A stretch of 64,000 nt of DNA, taken from an uncultured Acidobacteriota bacterium. Its GTDB lineage: Bacteria > Acidobacteriota > Blastocatellia > Pyrinomonadales > Pyrinomonadaceae. Position numbers and translations under genes: made by a program. The notes below the pieces were generated by a model. It was not told the DNA's origin, made no database searches, and was given only the letters and a program-made list of their open reading frames with translations. How positions within the stretch are numbered: position 1 is the stretch's first letter; every line of letters starts with the position of its first letter. The stretch is taken from NCBI GenBank assembly GCA_963789185.1, contig CAWBJU010000020.1:47304-111303 (forward strand), given 5' to 3'. Below, piece after piece: positions 9,810 to 19,917 of the stretch.

Positions 9810-9900
9810 AATTGCCGATTGCCGATTGCCGATTTGGTCCGTTGCTGATTGCCAACTCGGGTTCGAGAAATCGGCAATTGGAAATTGGCAATCGGCAATT
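9810..9900. repeat. Long imperfect inverted repeat built from ATTGCCG heptamers, filling the pilS-pilR spacer
   Basis: Left arm AATTGCCGATTGCCGATTGCCGATTT (9810-9835). Right arm AAATCGGCAATTGGAAATTGGCAATCGGCAATT (9868-9900). 14 bp pair perfectly, then about 11 bp more after a 6-nt bulge. Confidence 0.7.
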
Positions 9901-9903
9901 ACT

Positions 9904-11571
9904 TCACTGGTCGCCGTTCGACGTTGTCATTGGGAGTTCGACGGTAATCGTCGTTCCCTGTCCTTCACGACTGCGGACATTGATTGTACCACCATGCTCG
10001 CGAATGATTTGATAAACAATTGACAGACCCAGGCCCGTGCCGCCCGTCGTTGACGAAAAGGGTTCGAATAGGCGTTCGACCTGGTCGGGCGTCATGCCGC
10101 GTCCCGAGTCCGAGAACGCAATGCGCAGGCGGTCGTTCGAATTCTTGTCCAGCGTCGCGCGGAGAGTTCCACCCTGCGGCATCGCCTGAAGCGCGTTGCG
10201 CGCGAGGTTCCAAAACACCTGTTTCAACTGTCCTTCGTCCGCGTTTGCGAAGATACGTTCGTCGGGGACTTCCTCTTCAACCACCTGGTTCGAACTGAGC
10301 TCCGGACTATGCCGCAGCAGGGAAAAGGTTTGATGCAGGAGATCGCCGACGTCCACGCGCGCCTGCACCAGTGATCGTGGCCGCGCATAACTCAGGAAGT
10401 CAGTGATGATTTGATTCAGCCGGTCTGACTCGCGCAGGATGATCTCCATCAACTCCGCCTGCGACGAATCATTGTCAACTTCCGAACGCAGCATCTGGAT
10501 CGATCCACGCATCGCGGCGAGTGGGTTGCGGATCTCGTGTGCGATCGACGCCGCCATCCGTCCGATCGCGGCAAGACGATCCTGCCGGCGCGACGTTTCT
10601 TCCAAAGAGCGCACCTGCGTCAGATCCTGAAAAGTGACCACCATGCCCGTTGTCTCGCCCGCCTCAGAACTCAATGGGGAGATGCTGTAACCAAGACGCA
10701 GTCGCATGCCTTCTGAAGTGAGGCAACTCGTTTCGAATCGCGGACTCGTCGCGCCCGCTTCCGCTGCGGCCAGTGCGTCTGCGACGTGGTCTTTCATCTC
10801 GCCAAAAAGAATGGAAGCGTCCTGTCCGCGGATTGCTTCTTCGCTGTAGCCGGTGATCTCCCGCGCCGCAGCGTTGAAGGTGTAGATACGACCTTCGAGG
10901 TCAGTCGTCACCACGCCGGAGCGAATCGAGGCGACGATGCGTTCGTGCAGCGCGCGCAGGTTTGCGAGTGACTTTCGCGCTGCCTGCAAGCGCACGTCAG
11001 AGCGCGTTTGTCGTTCAGCTAGCCGGCCGGAGAGCAGACCAACTACGAAAAACGCGATGACAAACAGTCCGATCCACTGGACCGTCTGCGATAACGAACC
11101 GCCAATCAGCCGCGAATCGGCAGTCGGACCGAGCGCCCCAGTCAACACGAGCGAACAAGCGGTGAACATGACCGCACAGCCGACAGACGTAGCCACCACT
11201 TCGCGCTGGCTCAGAAAAAGACTCGAGATCGCGATGATCAGTATGTAGAGCGCAATGTACGGCGACTGGATGGCTTTGGAGTCCCAAACCAGTGCCGTAA
11301 CGAGGACGACGTCGAGGGCGAGTTGGAACCTCGCCTGCATGCGGATGTTTTTATAGAAGCGAAAGAGGATTGCGTAAGCGATCGTGAGGCACGCCACCGT
11401 CGTCAACAGCAGCATGCTTTTCTGAAATGACTGCTGCGGTTCTCCAGCGCGAATCCAAAGCGTGGCGACGATGCTGAGGACCACGGCCGTCACCAGCCGA
11501 CCCGCGATCAACCAGCCGAGCTTCGAACTCGCCGATCGACCCGACTCGCTGGTGTGTGCAGCGACCATCAT
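9904..11571 (-). CDS. pilS: Membrane sensor histidine kinase, PilS-like (multi-TM, PAS, HisKA, HATPase)
   Basis: About 6 N-terminal TM helices, a PAS-like region, H-box AHEIRNPLAAMRGS and G-box GTGLGLSIVYQI. It lies directly upstream of the pilR-like gene. Confidence 0.8.
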   Translation of the reverse strand: MMVAAHTSESGRSASSKLGWLIAGRLVTAVVLSIVATLWIRAGEPQQSFQKSMLLLTTVACLTIAYAILFRFYKNIRMQARFQLALDVVLVTALVWDSKAIQSPYIALYILIIAISSLFLSQREVVATSVGCAVMFTACSLVLTGALGPTADSRLIGGSLSQTVQWIGLFVIAFFVVGLLSGRLAERQTRSDVRLQAARKSLANLRALHERIVASIRSGVVTTDLEGRIYTFNAAAREITGYSEEAIRGQDASILFGEMKDHVADALAAAEAGATSPRFETSCLTSEGMRLRLGYSISPLSSEAGETTGMVVTFQDLTQVRSLEETSRRQDRLAAIGRMAASIAHEIRNPLAAMRGSIQMLRSEVDNDSSQAELMEIILRESDRLNQIITDFLSYARPRSLVQARVDVGDLLHQTFSLLRHSPELSSNQVVEEEVPDERIFANADEGQLKQVFWNLARNALQAMPQGGTLRATLDKNSNDRLRIAFSDSGRGMTPDQVERLFEPFSSTTGGTGLGLSIVYQIIREHGGTINVRSREGQGTTITVELPMTTSNGDQ

Positions 11572-11615
11572 CGGATCGACAGCGTATCACAGTTTTTAAG
11601 TCCGATCGGTGGTTC

Positions 11616-14282
11616 TTATTCGTATCGCAACGCCGTCATCGGATCGATACGCATCGCGCGCCGTGCCGGTAAGTAACACGCGAGCAGCGAGACGAACACG
11701 AGCAGCAGCGAGATCGTCGTAAACGTGGTCGCATCGACTGCTTCGACTCCAAACAGCAGCCCCGTCAACAGTCGCGTTAAAGCGAACGCTGCGACCAAAC
11801 CAAGTCCGACGCCCACCACGGTCAACGTCAATCCCTGCTTCAGAATCAACAGCAGCACCTGACGCGGTTGGGCGCCGACGGCCAATCGCAAGCCGATCTC
11901 GCGCGTGCGCAGAGCCACTGAATAGTTCATCACACCGAAGATTCCTACAGCGGACAACAACGTCGCCAGGCCAGCAAACAGTGCCAGTAGCAGCGTGTTG
12001 AAACGTGACCGGCTTACGGCCTCCGACATCACCTGGTCCATCGTGCGTACGTCTGACACCGGTTGATTCGGATCGAGCGCGCGAATCTCTCGTTGCACTG
12101 CCGGCGCGATTGCTTTGGGATCGCCGTCGGTGCGCAGCACGAGTGTCATGAACGGGTAAGCCAGGTCCGGGTGCGGAAAGTAAACCGCTTCGGGCGCCTC
12201 GTCGATCAAGCTGTCGTAACGGACGTTGCCGACGATGCCGACGATCTCAGCCGGCATCGGCGTTTCAAACATCGCGACGTCCAGACGTTGCCCGATCGGA
12301 TCTTCATTCGGGAAGTGTTTGCGAGCGAGCGCATCGTTGATAAGGATCACGTGTTTCGATTCGCGCAGTTCGGCGTCAGAGAAGTTGCGGCCGCGCAGGA
12401 GCGGAATGCCGAGCGTTGGAAAATAGCCCGCGTCTACAACGCGCACATCGCAGCTTGGTCCCTGCCCCGGCGGCGGCTCTGGTCTGCCAATAATCTTGAA
12501 TCCGGTGGACGAACCCAAACCGCCATACAGCGGCAGGAAGTTCACCATACCCGCGGAACGCACGCCCGGCAGGTTTCGCATTCGTTCCATCGACTGGTTG
12601 AAAAACTGGACCAGCTGCGCGTCTTCCGGATATCGCGCGAAGGGTAAACGCACCACCATCGACAGGACGTTGTCAGAATTGAACCCGCGATCCACTTGTT
12701 GGAGGCGAATGAAACTCCTGATTAATAGTCCGGCACTGGCAAGCAGCACGACGGCGAGCGCGATTTCAGAAACTACGAGCACGCTGCGCAAACGCCGGCT
12801 GCCCGTTGCCTGGCCCGAGTCTGCTTTGCCGCCTTCTTTTAGTGATTCGTTCAGGTTGAGTCGCGAGATGTGAAGCGCAGGCGCGAGTCCAAAGATAATG
12901 CCGGTCAGTATCGACACGCCGAGTGTCCACATCAGCACCGACATGTTCAAAGTAACTCCTTGCAAGCTCACAACGTCGCGTGGACTTATTAACGGCAGCG
13001 CTTTGATTCCCAACCAGGCAACACCGAGGCCGAGTGCACTGCCGAGTAATGCAAGCAGAAGACTCTCGGTCAGCAACTGTCTCACGATGCGCGAACGACG
13101 GGCGCCAAGTGCGGCTCGTAAGGCGATTTCTTTCTCACGCGAAGTGGCGAGTGATAGCAAGAGATTGGCGACGTTCGCGCACGCGATCAACAAAACGAAT
13201 CCGACTGCACCTAACATCAACCACAGCGGGCGTCGCACGTTGCCGAAGAATTGCTCGCGCAACGGCAGGACTTCGGCGCTGTAATTCTTGTTGAATTCAG
13301 GAACTTCGTCTGAGAGTCGCGCTTCGATGGTCCTTAGTTCAGCGCCAGCCTGCTCAGCGGTGACACCGGGTTTCAACTTCGCCACGGTCGAGAGAAAACG
13401 ACCACGCTCGTTCTCGGTGTTTCCGGTCCCCATCGGCAGATTGAGCCATAGTTCCGCGGGGCTGCCGGTTCCCGATCGCTGTTTGATGTGAAATTGAAAA
13501 TTCGGCGGCATTACGCCGACCACTTGACGGTTAACGCCGTTAAGCATGATCGGTTGTCCGATCACGCTGGCTTGTCCCCCAAAGCGTCGTTGCCACAGAC
13601 CATGACTTAGCACGACGACGAGCGGACTGTTGGGTTGAGCATCTTCGGGTAATAGTGTGCGGCCAAGAATCGGCTGCACTCCGAGGACTTTGAAGATCTC
13701 CGGCAGTGCGAGCTGACCCGAAACTTCTTCTGGTTCGAAGTTGCCGGTGAGCGTGAGTCGCTGATCGCTGAACGCCGCCATGTGCTCGTAGCTTGTGCTC
13801 TGAGCACGCCAGGCGCGGAAGTTTGCCCGCGAGGTCGTGTTCTGACGGCGGCCTTCGGGTGAAACTTCCCACAGCATGACGATACGATCCGGATCCTGAT
13901 AAGGAAGTGGCCGCAATAGCAGTTCGTTGACTACGGAAAAGATCGCACTGTTGGCGCCGATACCCAGCGCGAGTGTGATCACGGCGATTGAAGTGAAGCC
14001 CTTGTGTTTGAGCAACACGCGCGTGCCGTAGCGAATGTCCTGCACGAGTGTTTCGAAGAGGCCGCCGCCTTTCACGTCGTAGGCGGCGTCGACGGCGCGA
14101 TTCAGGTTGCCGAAGCTACGCCTGGCTTTCTCGCGCGCTTCTTCCGGCGACATACCCGCTTTGATGTTTTCTTCGATCTGGAGGTCGAGATGGCTGCGCA
14201 TCTCGCGGTCGATATCGTGAATGACGGAATCGCGCCTGCGTAGCGCTCGCAGGCGATCGCGAAGAATATTGAACCACTTCAT
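11616..14282 (-). CDS. ADOP-family duplicated MacB/FtsX-type ABC transporter permease
   Basis: From the ATG at 14282 the protein starts MKWFNILRDRLRALRRRDSVIHDIDREMRSHLDLQIEENIKAGMSPEEAREKARRSFGN, the characteristic prefix of this family. Two FtsX-like 4-TM modules follow. The 33 codons upstream in the ORF track overlap the PadR gene end and look spurious. Confidence 0.85.
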   Translation of the reverse strand: MKWFNILRDRLRALRRRDSVIHDIDREMRSHLDLQIEENIKAGMSPEEAREKARRSFGNLNRAVDAAYDVKGGGLFETLVQDIRYGTRVLLKHKGFTSIAVITLALGIGANSAIFSVVNELLLRPLPYQDPDRIVMLWEVSPEGRRQNTTSRANFRAWRAQSTSYEHMAAFSDQRLTLTGNFEPEEVSGQLALPEIFKVLGVQPILGRTLLPEDAQPNSPLVVVLSHGLWQRRFGGQASVIGQPIMLNGVNRQVVGVMPPNFQFHIKQRSGTGSPAELWLNLPMGTGNTENERGRFLSTVAKLKPGVTAEQAGAELRTIEARLSDEVPEFNKNYSAEVLPLREQFFGNVRRPLWLMLGAVGFVLLIACANVANLLLSLATSREKEIALRAALGARRSRIVRQLLTESLLLALLGSALGLGVAWLGIKALPLISPRDVVSLQGVTLNMSVLMWTLGVSILTGIIFGLAPALHISRLNLNESLKEGGKADSGQATGSRRLRSVLVVSEIALAVVLLASAGLLIRSFIRLQQVDRGFNSDNVLSMVVRLPFARYPEDAQLVQFFNQSMERMRNLPGVRSAGMVNFLPLYGGLGSSTGFKIIGRPEPPPGQGPSCDVRVVDAGYFPTLGIPLLRGRNFSDAELRESKHVILINDALARKHFPNEDPIGQRLDVAMFETPMPAEIVGIVGNVRYDSLIDEAPEAVYFPHPDLAYPFMTLVLRTDGDPKAIAPAVQREIRALDPNQPVSDVRTMDQVMSEAVSRSRFNTLLLALFAGLATLLSAVGIFGVMNYSVALRTREIGLRLAVGAQPRQVLLLILKQGLTLTVVGVGLGLVAAFALTRLLTGLLFGVEAVDATTFTTISLLLVFVSLLACYLPARRAMRIDPMTALRYE

Positions 14283-14329
14283 TACTGAAAACCTTCTGTG
14301 TTGCTTGTGCGTTTTGTGTCTTCTTGTAG

Positions 14330-14665
14330 CTAAGTCGTCGCCTGTCGAACTTTGGTGATCGCGAGCACGAGCCGATCCCAACTCGCTTCCTGTGTCTCGA
14401 GTTGCTTCCGTCCGCTGCGCGTTAGTTTGTAAAACTTCGCCTCGCGTCCAGTATCGTGAACGTCCCAGCGCGCCGACACCCAGCCCTTTTGCTCAATGCG
14501 ATAGAGCGCCGGATACAACGACCCCTGTTCGACATTGAGCATTTCATCCGAAAGCTGTCGAATACGCTGAATAATGCCGTACCCATGCAATTCTCCGAGG
14601 GACAACGACTTGAGAATCAGCATATCGAGCGTCCCCTGCAACAGATCGGCCTTAGCTTTTGCCAC
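14330..14665 (-). CDS. PadR family transcriptional regulator
   Basis: LDMLILKSLSLGELHGYGIIQRI...GSLYPALYRIEQKGWV. A GTG at 14665 is preceded by AAGGAG 5 nt upstream, so I prefer it to the ATG at 14725. Confidence 0.85.
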   Translation of the reverse strand: MAKAKADLLQGTLDMLILKSLSLGELHGYGIIQRIRQLSDEMLNVEQGSLYPALYRIEQKGWVSARWDVHDTGREAKFYKLTRSGRKQLETQEASWDRLVLAITKVRQATT

Positions 14666-14715
14666 AAGATCTCCTTGAATTGAGCAACGCAGAAGTAAGT
14701 GATACCTAGAAACGG

Positions 14716-14741
14716 TAGGCATCATAGACAGGGCATGCCTA
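14716..14741. promoter_or_regulatory. Inverted repeat TAGGCAT-N12-ATGCCTA upstream of the PadR gene (candidate operator)
   Basis: 7-bp arms at 14716-14722 and 14735-14741, 51-76 nt upstream of the preferred GTG start. The half-site GGTAGGCAT recurs at 14914-14922. Confidence 0.3.
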
Positions 14742-14973
14742 GATTGTCAAAGTGTGGGTGAGAATATTGGTTGATGTGAGCGGATCAATGTAACGTCCGG
14801 CAATTAATTGGTTCCAATTTCCCGGAAAAGTACAAAAAAAGGTCCTGAACTACTGCTTGCCGTAGATTCTTAACCGCTCTTTTAATTCATTTCGCAACTC
14901 ACGTCGCTAGGAAGGTAGGCATGCAGTTCGTCCTTCCATCAGCAGCAACGACAATCTAAGATTAGCAATCGTC

Positions 14974-15282
14974 ATGGCTAAGCAAATCTCCATGGTCCGA
15001 ATCCTCCGGGACCCAGATGACGACGTGGAAGACGTGACTGTCGGCGATTCTCTGGCGGAGATTCTCGATGTTAATGCAAACATCACCGCGAGATGCGACC
15101 TCCCACAGCTTGAAACCGTGTTCCGTATAAACCCGGCGACCCACTCGCACCAATTGAAATACGCGATGCCGTATTTTGAGAACCAGTCAGAATCGCACCA
15201 GCTTCAAACTACTACCCTGAACTCGTCACCGGAACGTGGGATTACTATCCCGCAGTGTCCTGCACGGCATCGACGAAGCTGA
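14974..15282 (+). CDS. Hypothetical protein (orphan ORF in the AT-rich islet)
   Basis: The only sizeable ORF here. No Shine-Dalgarno sequence and no motif recognised. Confidence 0.25.
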   Translation: MAKQISMVRILRDPDDDVEDVTVGDSLAEILDVNANITARCDLPQLETVFRINPATHSHQLKYAMPYFENQSESHQLQTTTLNSSPERGITIPQCPARHRRS

Positions 15283-15460
15283 ACAAAACAATCTCCGATT
15301 AACTCCTATTTCAAATTCCAAGTGGTTTAAGAGATAAAGCACTCGCCGAAGTTATGCAGTTACTTGATGGTCTGAAGGTAAAGGTGAGCACAAACCACCT
15401 AAATTCCTTCGTAGAATTTATTGGTGTTTATCTTTTGGAAGAAGTACCTTCTAAGTGCGA

Positions 15461-15901
15461 TCAGAGAGAAAGGTTGAGACGGGAGCCGCCCTTGATGAGG
15501 TACTGGTCTCCTACGGCATCCGTGGATCCTTCGACGTCTTTTAAAAAGCTGATATTAAGCGTTGACCTATCGTTGTAATTTCCAGCCTGCATATGCGTGC
15601 CTGGTACGGTAAACACGTAATTCTGCAACTTGACGGTCAAGATTCGAGCTGATACGTCATACGTTACCTCCATCTCATAACCATGTGTCGTGCTACGGGC
15701 ATTTCCTTTAGACCGCCAAGTACGATTACGCGCATCATACTTGGTATCAAGGTCAAACTGTATCAGGCTCCATCTCTGTGTAGCGCCACCCGCCTTTGTA
15801 TATTGGAGATCAATTCTGCCTACCGCCTTGATGCCAGGCACACGATTGCTCTCATCCGTTGAATCCGACGATTCCAATTCTTTTTGTTGTGAGTTTTCCA
15901 T
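15461..15901 (-). CDS. Hypothetical protein, probably beta-rich (orphan, AT-rich islet)
   Basis: The ATG at 15901 (MENSQQKE...) is preceded by GGAGGAG. No family recognised. Confidence 0.5.
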   Translation of the reverse strand: MENSQQKELESSDSTDESNRVPGIKAVGRIDLQYTKAGGATQRWSLIQFDLDTKYDARNRTWRSKGNARSTTHGYEMEVTYDVSARILTVKLQNYVFTVPGTHMQAGNYNDRSTLNISFLKDVEGSTDAVGDQYLIKGGSRLNLSL

Positions 15902-16343
15902 AGCTTCTCCTCCGCGTTTCGTTCTAGAAAGCACTTCTATTTATATGACAACATTTCATGCACAGCAACGAATTGGCGGGGGCAAGAGCAGACTCTGTTG
16001 CGATGCTATCGTTGCCAATGATTAGCATATATATGATGCGCGACATGAGCGGTTTCGTCCGCCAGCACAGCTAACGTTCCCAAGAATAGTCGATGGCTGA
16101 CTCTAAAAATCCTTATGTCAATAGAAACTAATGATACTAGATTGATTCCCCGTCACGATCAGTAGCTTAACCTGTCCTCTCCGAACTTCCGGCAAGGCTT
16201 GAGTTCCAATTTGCACTTCCGGCAATGTAATGGTTCCAAAACACGAATCGTAGACAAGGTGGAGATGCGAACTCTCTCGGTTTTGATTGAACTTGCGGCA
16301 AGTAACTGCTTCCAGCGGCGCAAAGAATTGGTTCAAGTCACAA

Positions 16344-18131
<1,788 letters not shown>

Positions 18132-18168
18132 TGCCCATCTGTGGCTCCAAGAGAGCGATTTGACACTC

Positions 18169-19092
18169 CTAATTGCCGCTCAAATAATCAGCGACAGCTT
18201 GAGAGATCGGCTGGCCCGTCTGCGATTCGTAGTAGCTGAACGCGGGGCTGGGGTTTACCTCGAAACAGTAGACGTAGTTCTCGGGTGTGATCTTCAGATC
18301 GATACCGGCGAAAGCGAGACCAAGTCCGGCCGATAGCTTCACGCACATCTCTGCCAGGTCGTCAGCTAATTCGACAGGACGGAGATCTGCATGGTCTCCG
18401 CTTTGACGATGGGCGTAACGATAGTCGGTCGCGTCGGTGTTGATTGCGGTTGCGAAAACTTTCTCGCCGACTGTGTGAACACGCACATTCGTCCCTTCGA
18501 CAAAGGCCTGAAACTGAGTTGGGCACCAGCGAATGTTGTCGATGCGCGTCATGTCGTCGTCAGTCAACGTTTGCACGATCGAACGCACGCCGCTGATCGA
18601 TTTGTAAATAACTCGGCCGTGACGAGCGCGAAACGCACGCACCAAATCAGGGTCGTTGGTGATTAAAGTTTCCGGAACTTCGAAGCCGTAGCGCCTGATT
18701 AGCTGCGCCTGGTAAGGCTTGGAAAAGTTTGACCCCATCGGCGCAACGCGATTCACGACGCGTGCGGGACTGATCTCGGCCCAACGAGTCAACGTCTCAA
18801 ACAAGTTGCAGCAAAACTTCAGCTCGGGCGCGTCGGCCGGAGCGTCTTGCAACTCGGGCAGGAAGTGGTAGTCCATCAACCGCGTGAAAACGCCTGTGAA
18901 CTCGTCGACCGAATAGCTGTCGCCGTTCAGTTGCAGCTTGCCGCTTGGCTTTCCGCCTTGAATGTCCAGCGACATCTTCATGCTGGCAAACTTTCGCTGG
19001 TTCAAGACGACGTAACGCGTGCCATTGCCGTCGAGTGCGTCACGCACGAGGGCCATCGGTGTTTCAGTAGGAATGCCACAAAGGAGAATCAT
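18169..19092 (-). CDS. ATP-grasp ligase, RimK / MvdC-MvdD (peptide-modifying) style
   Basis: C-terminal ATP-grasp signature: RVIYKSISG, FQAFVEGTNVRVHTVGEKVFATAI, DYRY, LAFAGIDLKITPENYVYCFEVNPSPAF (Mg-binding E and N present). From memory it resembles microviridin ligases (MdnB/MdnC) in layout. Confidence 0.8.
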   Translation of the reverse strand: MILLCGIPTETPMALVRDALDGNGTRYVVLNQRKFASMKMSLDIQGGKPSGKLQLNGDSYSVDEFTGVFTRLMDYHFLPELQDAPADAPELKFCCNLFETLTRWAEISPARVVNRVAPMGSNFSKPYQAQLIRRYGFEVPETLITNDPDLVRAFRARHGRVIYKSISGVRSIVQTLTDDDMTRIDNIRWCPTQFQAFVEGTNVRVHTVGEKVFATAINTDATDYRYAHRQSGDHADLRPVELADDLAEMCVKLSAGLGLAFAGIDLKITPENYVYCFEVNPSPAFSYYESQTGQPISQAVADYLSGN

Positions 19093-19844
19093 GAGTTGCT
19101 CCGCTTCCGATTCACATAGAGTTGTCGCGCAAGTTCATTGAGTAGCGCTTCACCGCCAAGACGCAGATCTGGCATTGGCGTCGCGCCGGCGAAGGTCCAT
19201 AAGCGGTGGGACTGGCCCAAGGTCAGTTCGATCCCCAGCAGTCGATTTTGCGCGAGACGCGCGAGCGCTTTGCAGGCATCGGCGATGTGCGGCGGCAGGG
19301 TTGGACCAAACACGTGGTCGCCCAACACGATCGCCATTGTCGTGGGTGTGCCCTCGGGAACAATGCGTCGAAGATGTTTCGTTTCGTCGATGTCGTCGTG
19401 GCTGGATTGACTGTATGTGGCGGTGGGAAGTCCTGACTGCGCGGCCATCCATACCCACTCGGAAACGTGACGCCACGCTCCCGACAAACCCTGCGACTGA
19501 ACGCCGTTGAAGATCGGCGTGGGAAGTGTTTTCAGCCAGCTCATAAACAGCGCCGTGTATTCCTGCTGCGCGTACTCGAAATCGGGCGTGCCCGCGAGAT
19601 GTTGCAATGGAACATGCGTGAGCCGGTTGACGACACCATTCACGTATCGATTGTCGATAACGCGTCCGTCGGCAAGTGTGACATTGAAGTTAGCGCCATC
19701 GACTCCGACTGTGTGTTCCCAACGCGCGCTCGTCGTCAACATTTCAGCCGTGACCAATTCAAACGGTTGAAGTCCACGCGCACGCAAACCGTGGAAAGCC
19801 CAAAGTGCGGACGCATCGTGAGCAGAGCAGATCATTAACCACAT
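19089..19844 (-). CDS. Truncated ATP-grasp paralogue that looks catalytically dead
   Basis: The N-terminal region and C-terminal block (LLGIELTLGQSHRLWTFAGATPMPDL) align with 18169-19092 (FAGIDLKITPENYVYCFEVNPSPAF). The central nucleotide-binding part is missing and the E/N metal ligands are replaced by A/A. AGGAG Shine-Dalgarno present; ATGA overlap with the next gene. Confidence 0.6.
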   Translation of the reverse strand: MWLMICSAHDASALWAFHGLRARGLQPFELVTAEMLTTSARWEHTVGVDGANFNVTLADGRVIDNRYVNGVVNRLTHVPLQHLAGTPDFEYAQQEYTALFMSWLKTLPTPIFNGVQSQGLSGAWRHVSEWVWMAAQSGLPTATYSQSSHDDIDETKHLRRIVPEGTPTTMAIVLGDHVFGPTLPPHIADACKALARLAQNRLLGIELTLGQSHRLWTFAGATPMPDLRLGGEALLNELARQLYVNRKRSNS

Positions 19845-19856
19845 ATGTCTCCTAAA

Positions 19857-19895
19857 GTCCGTGTTTCCGATGCAGGGACGTACGGAAACACGGAC
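19857..19895 (-). promoter_or_regulatory. Perfect 13-bp hairpin between the K/E-repeat gene and the ATP-grasp genes (possible attenuator or RNA-stability element)
   Basis: GTCCGTGTTTCCG (19857-19869) pairs with CGGAAACACGGAC (19883-19895) around a 13-nt loop. On the mRNA it is followed by only UUU and then AGGAG-ACAT-ATG, so it is not a full terminator. Confidence 0.5.
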
Positions 19896-19917
19896 TCAGA
19901 ATAGTAGTTACAAAGCG

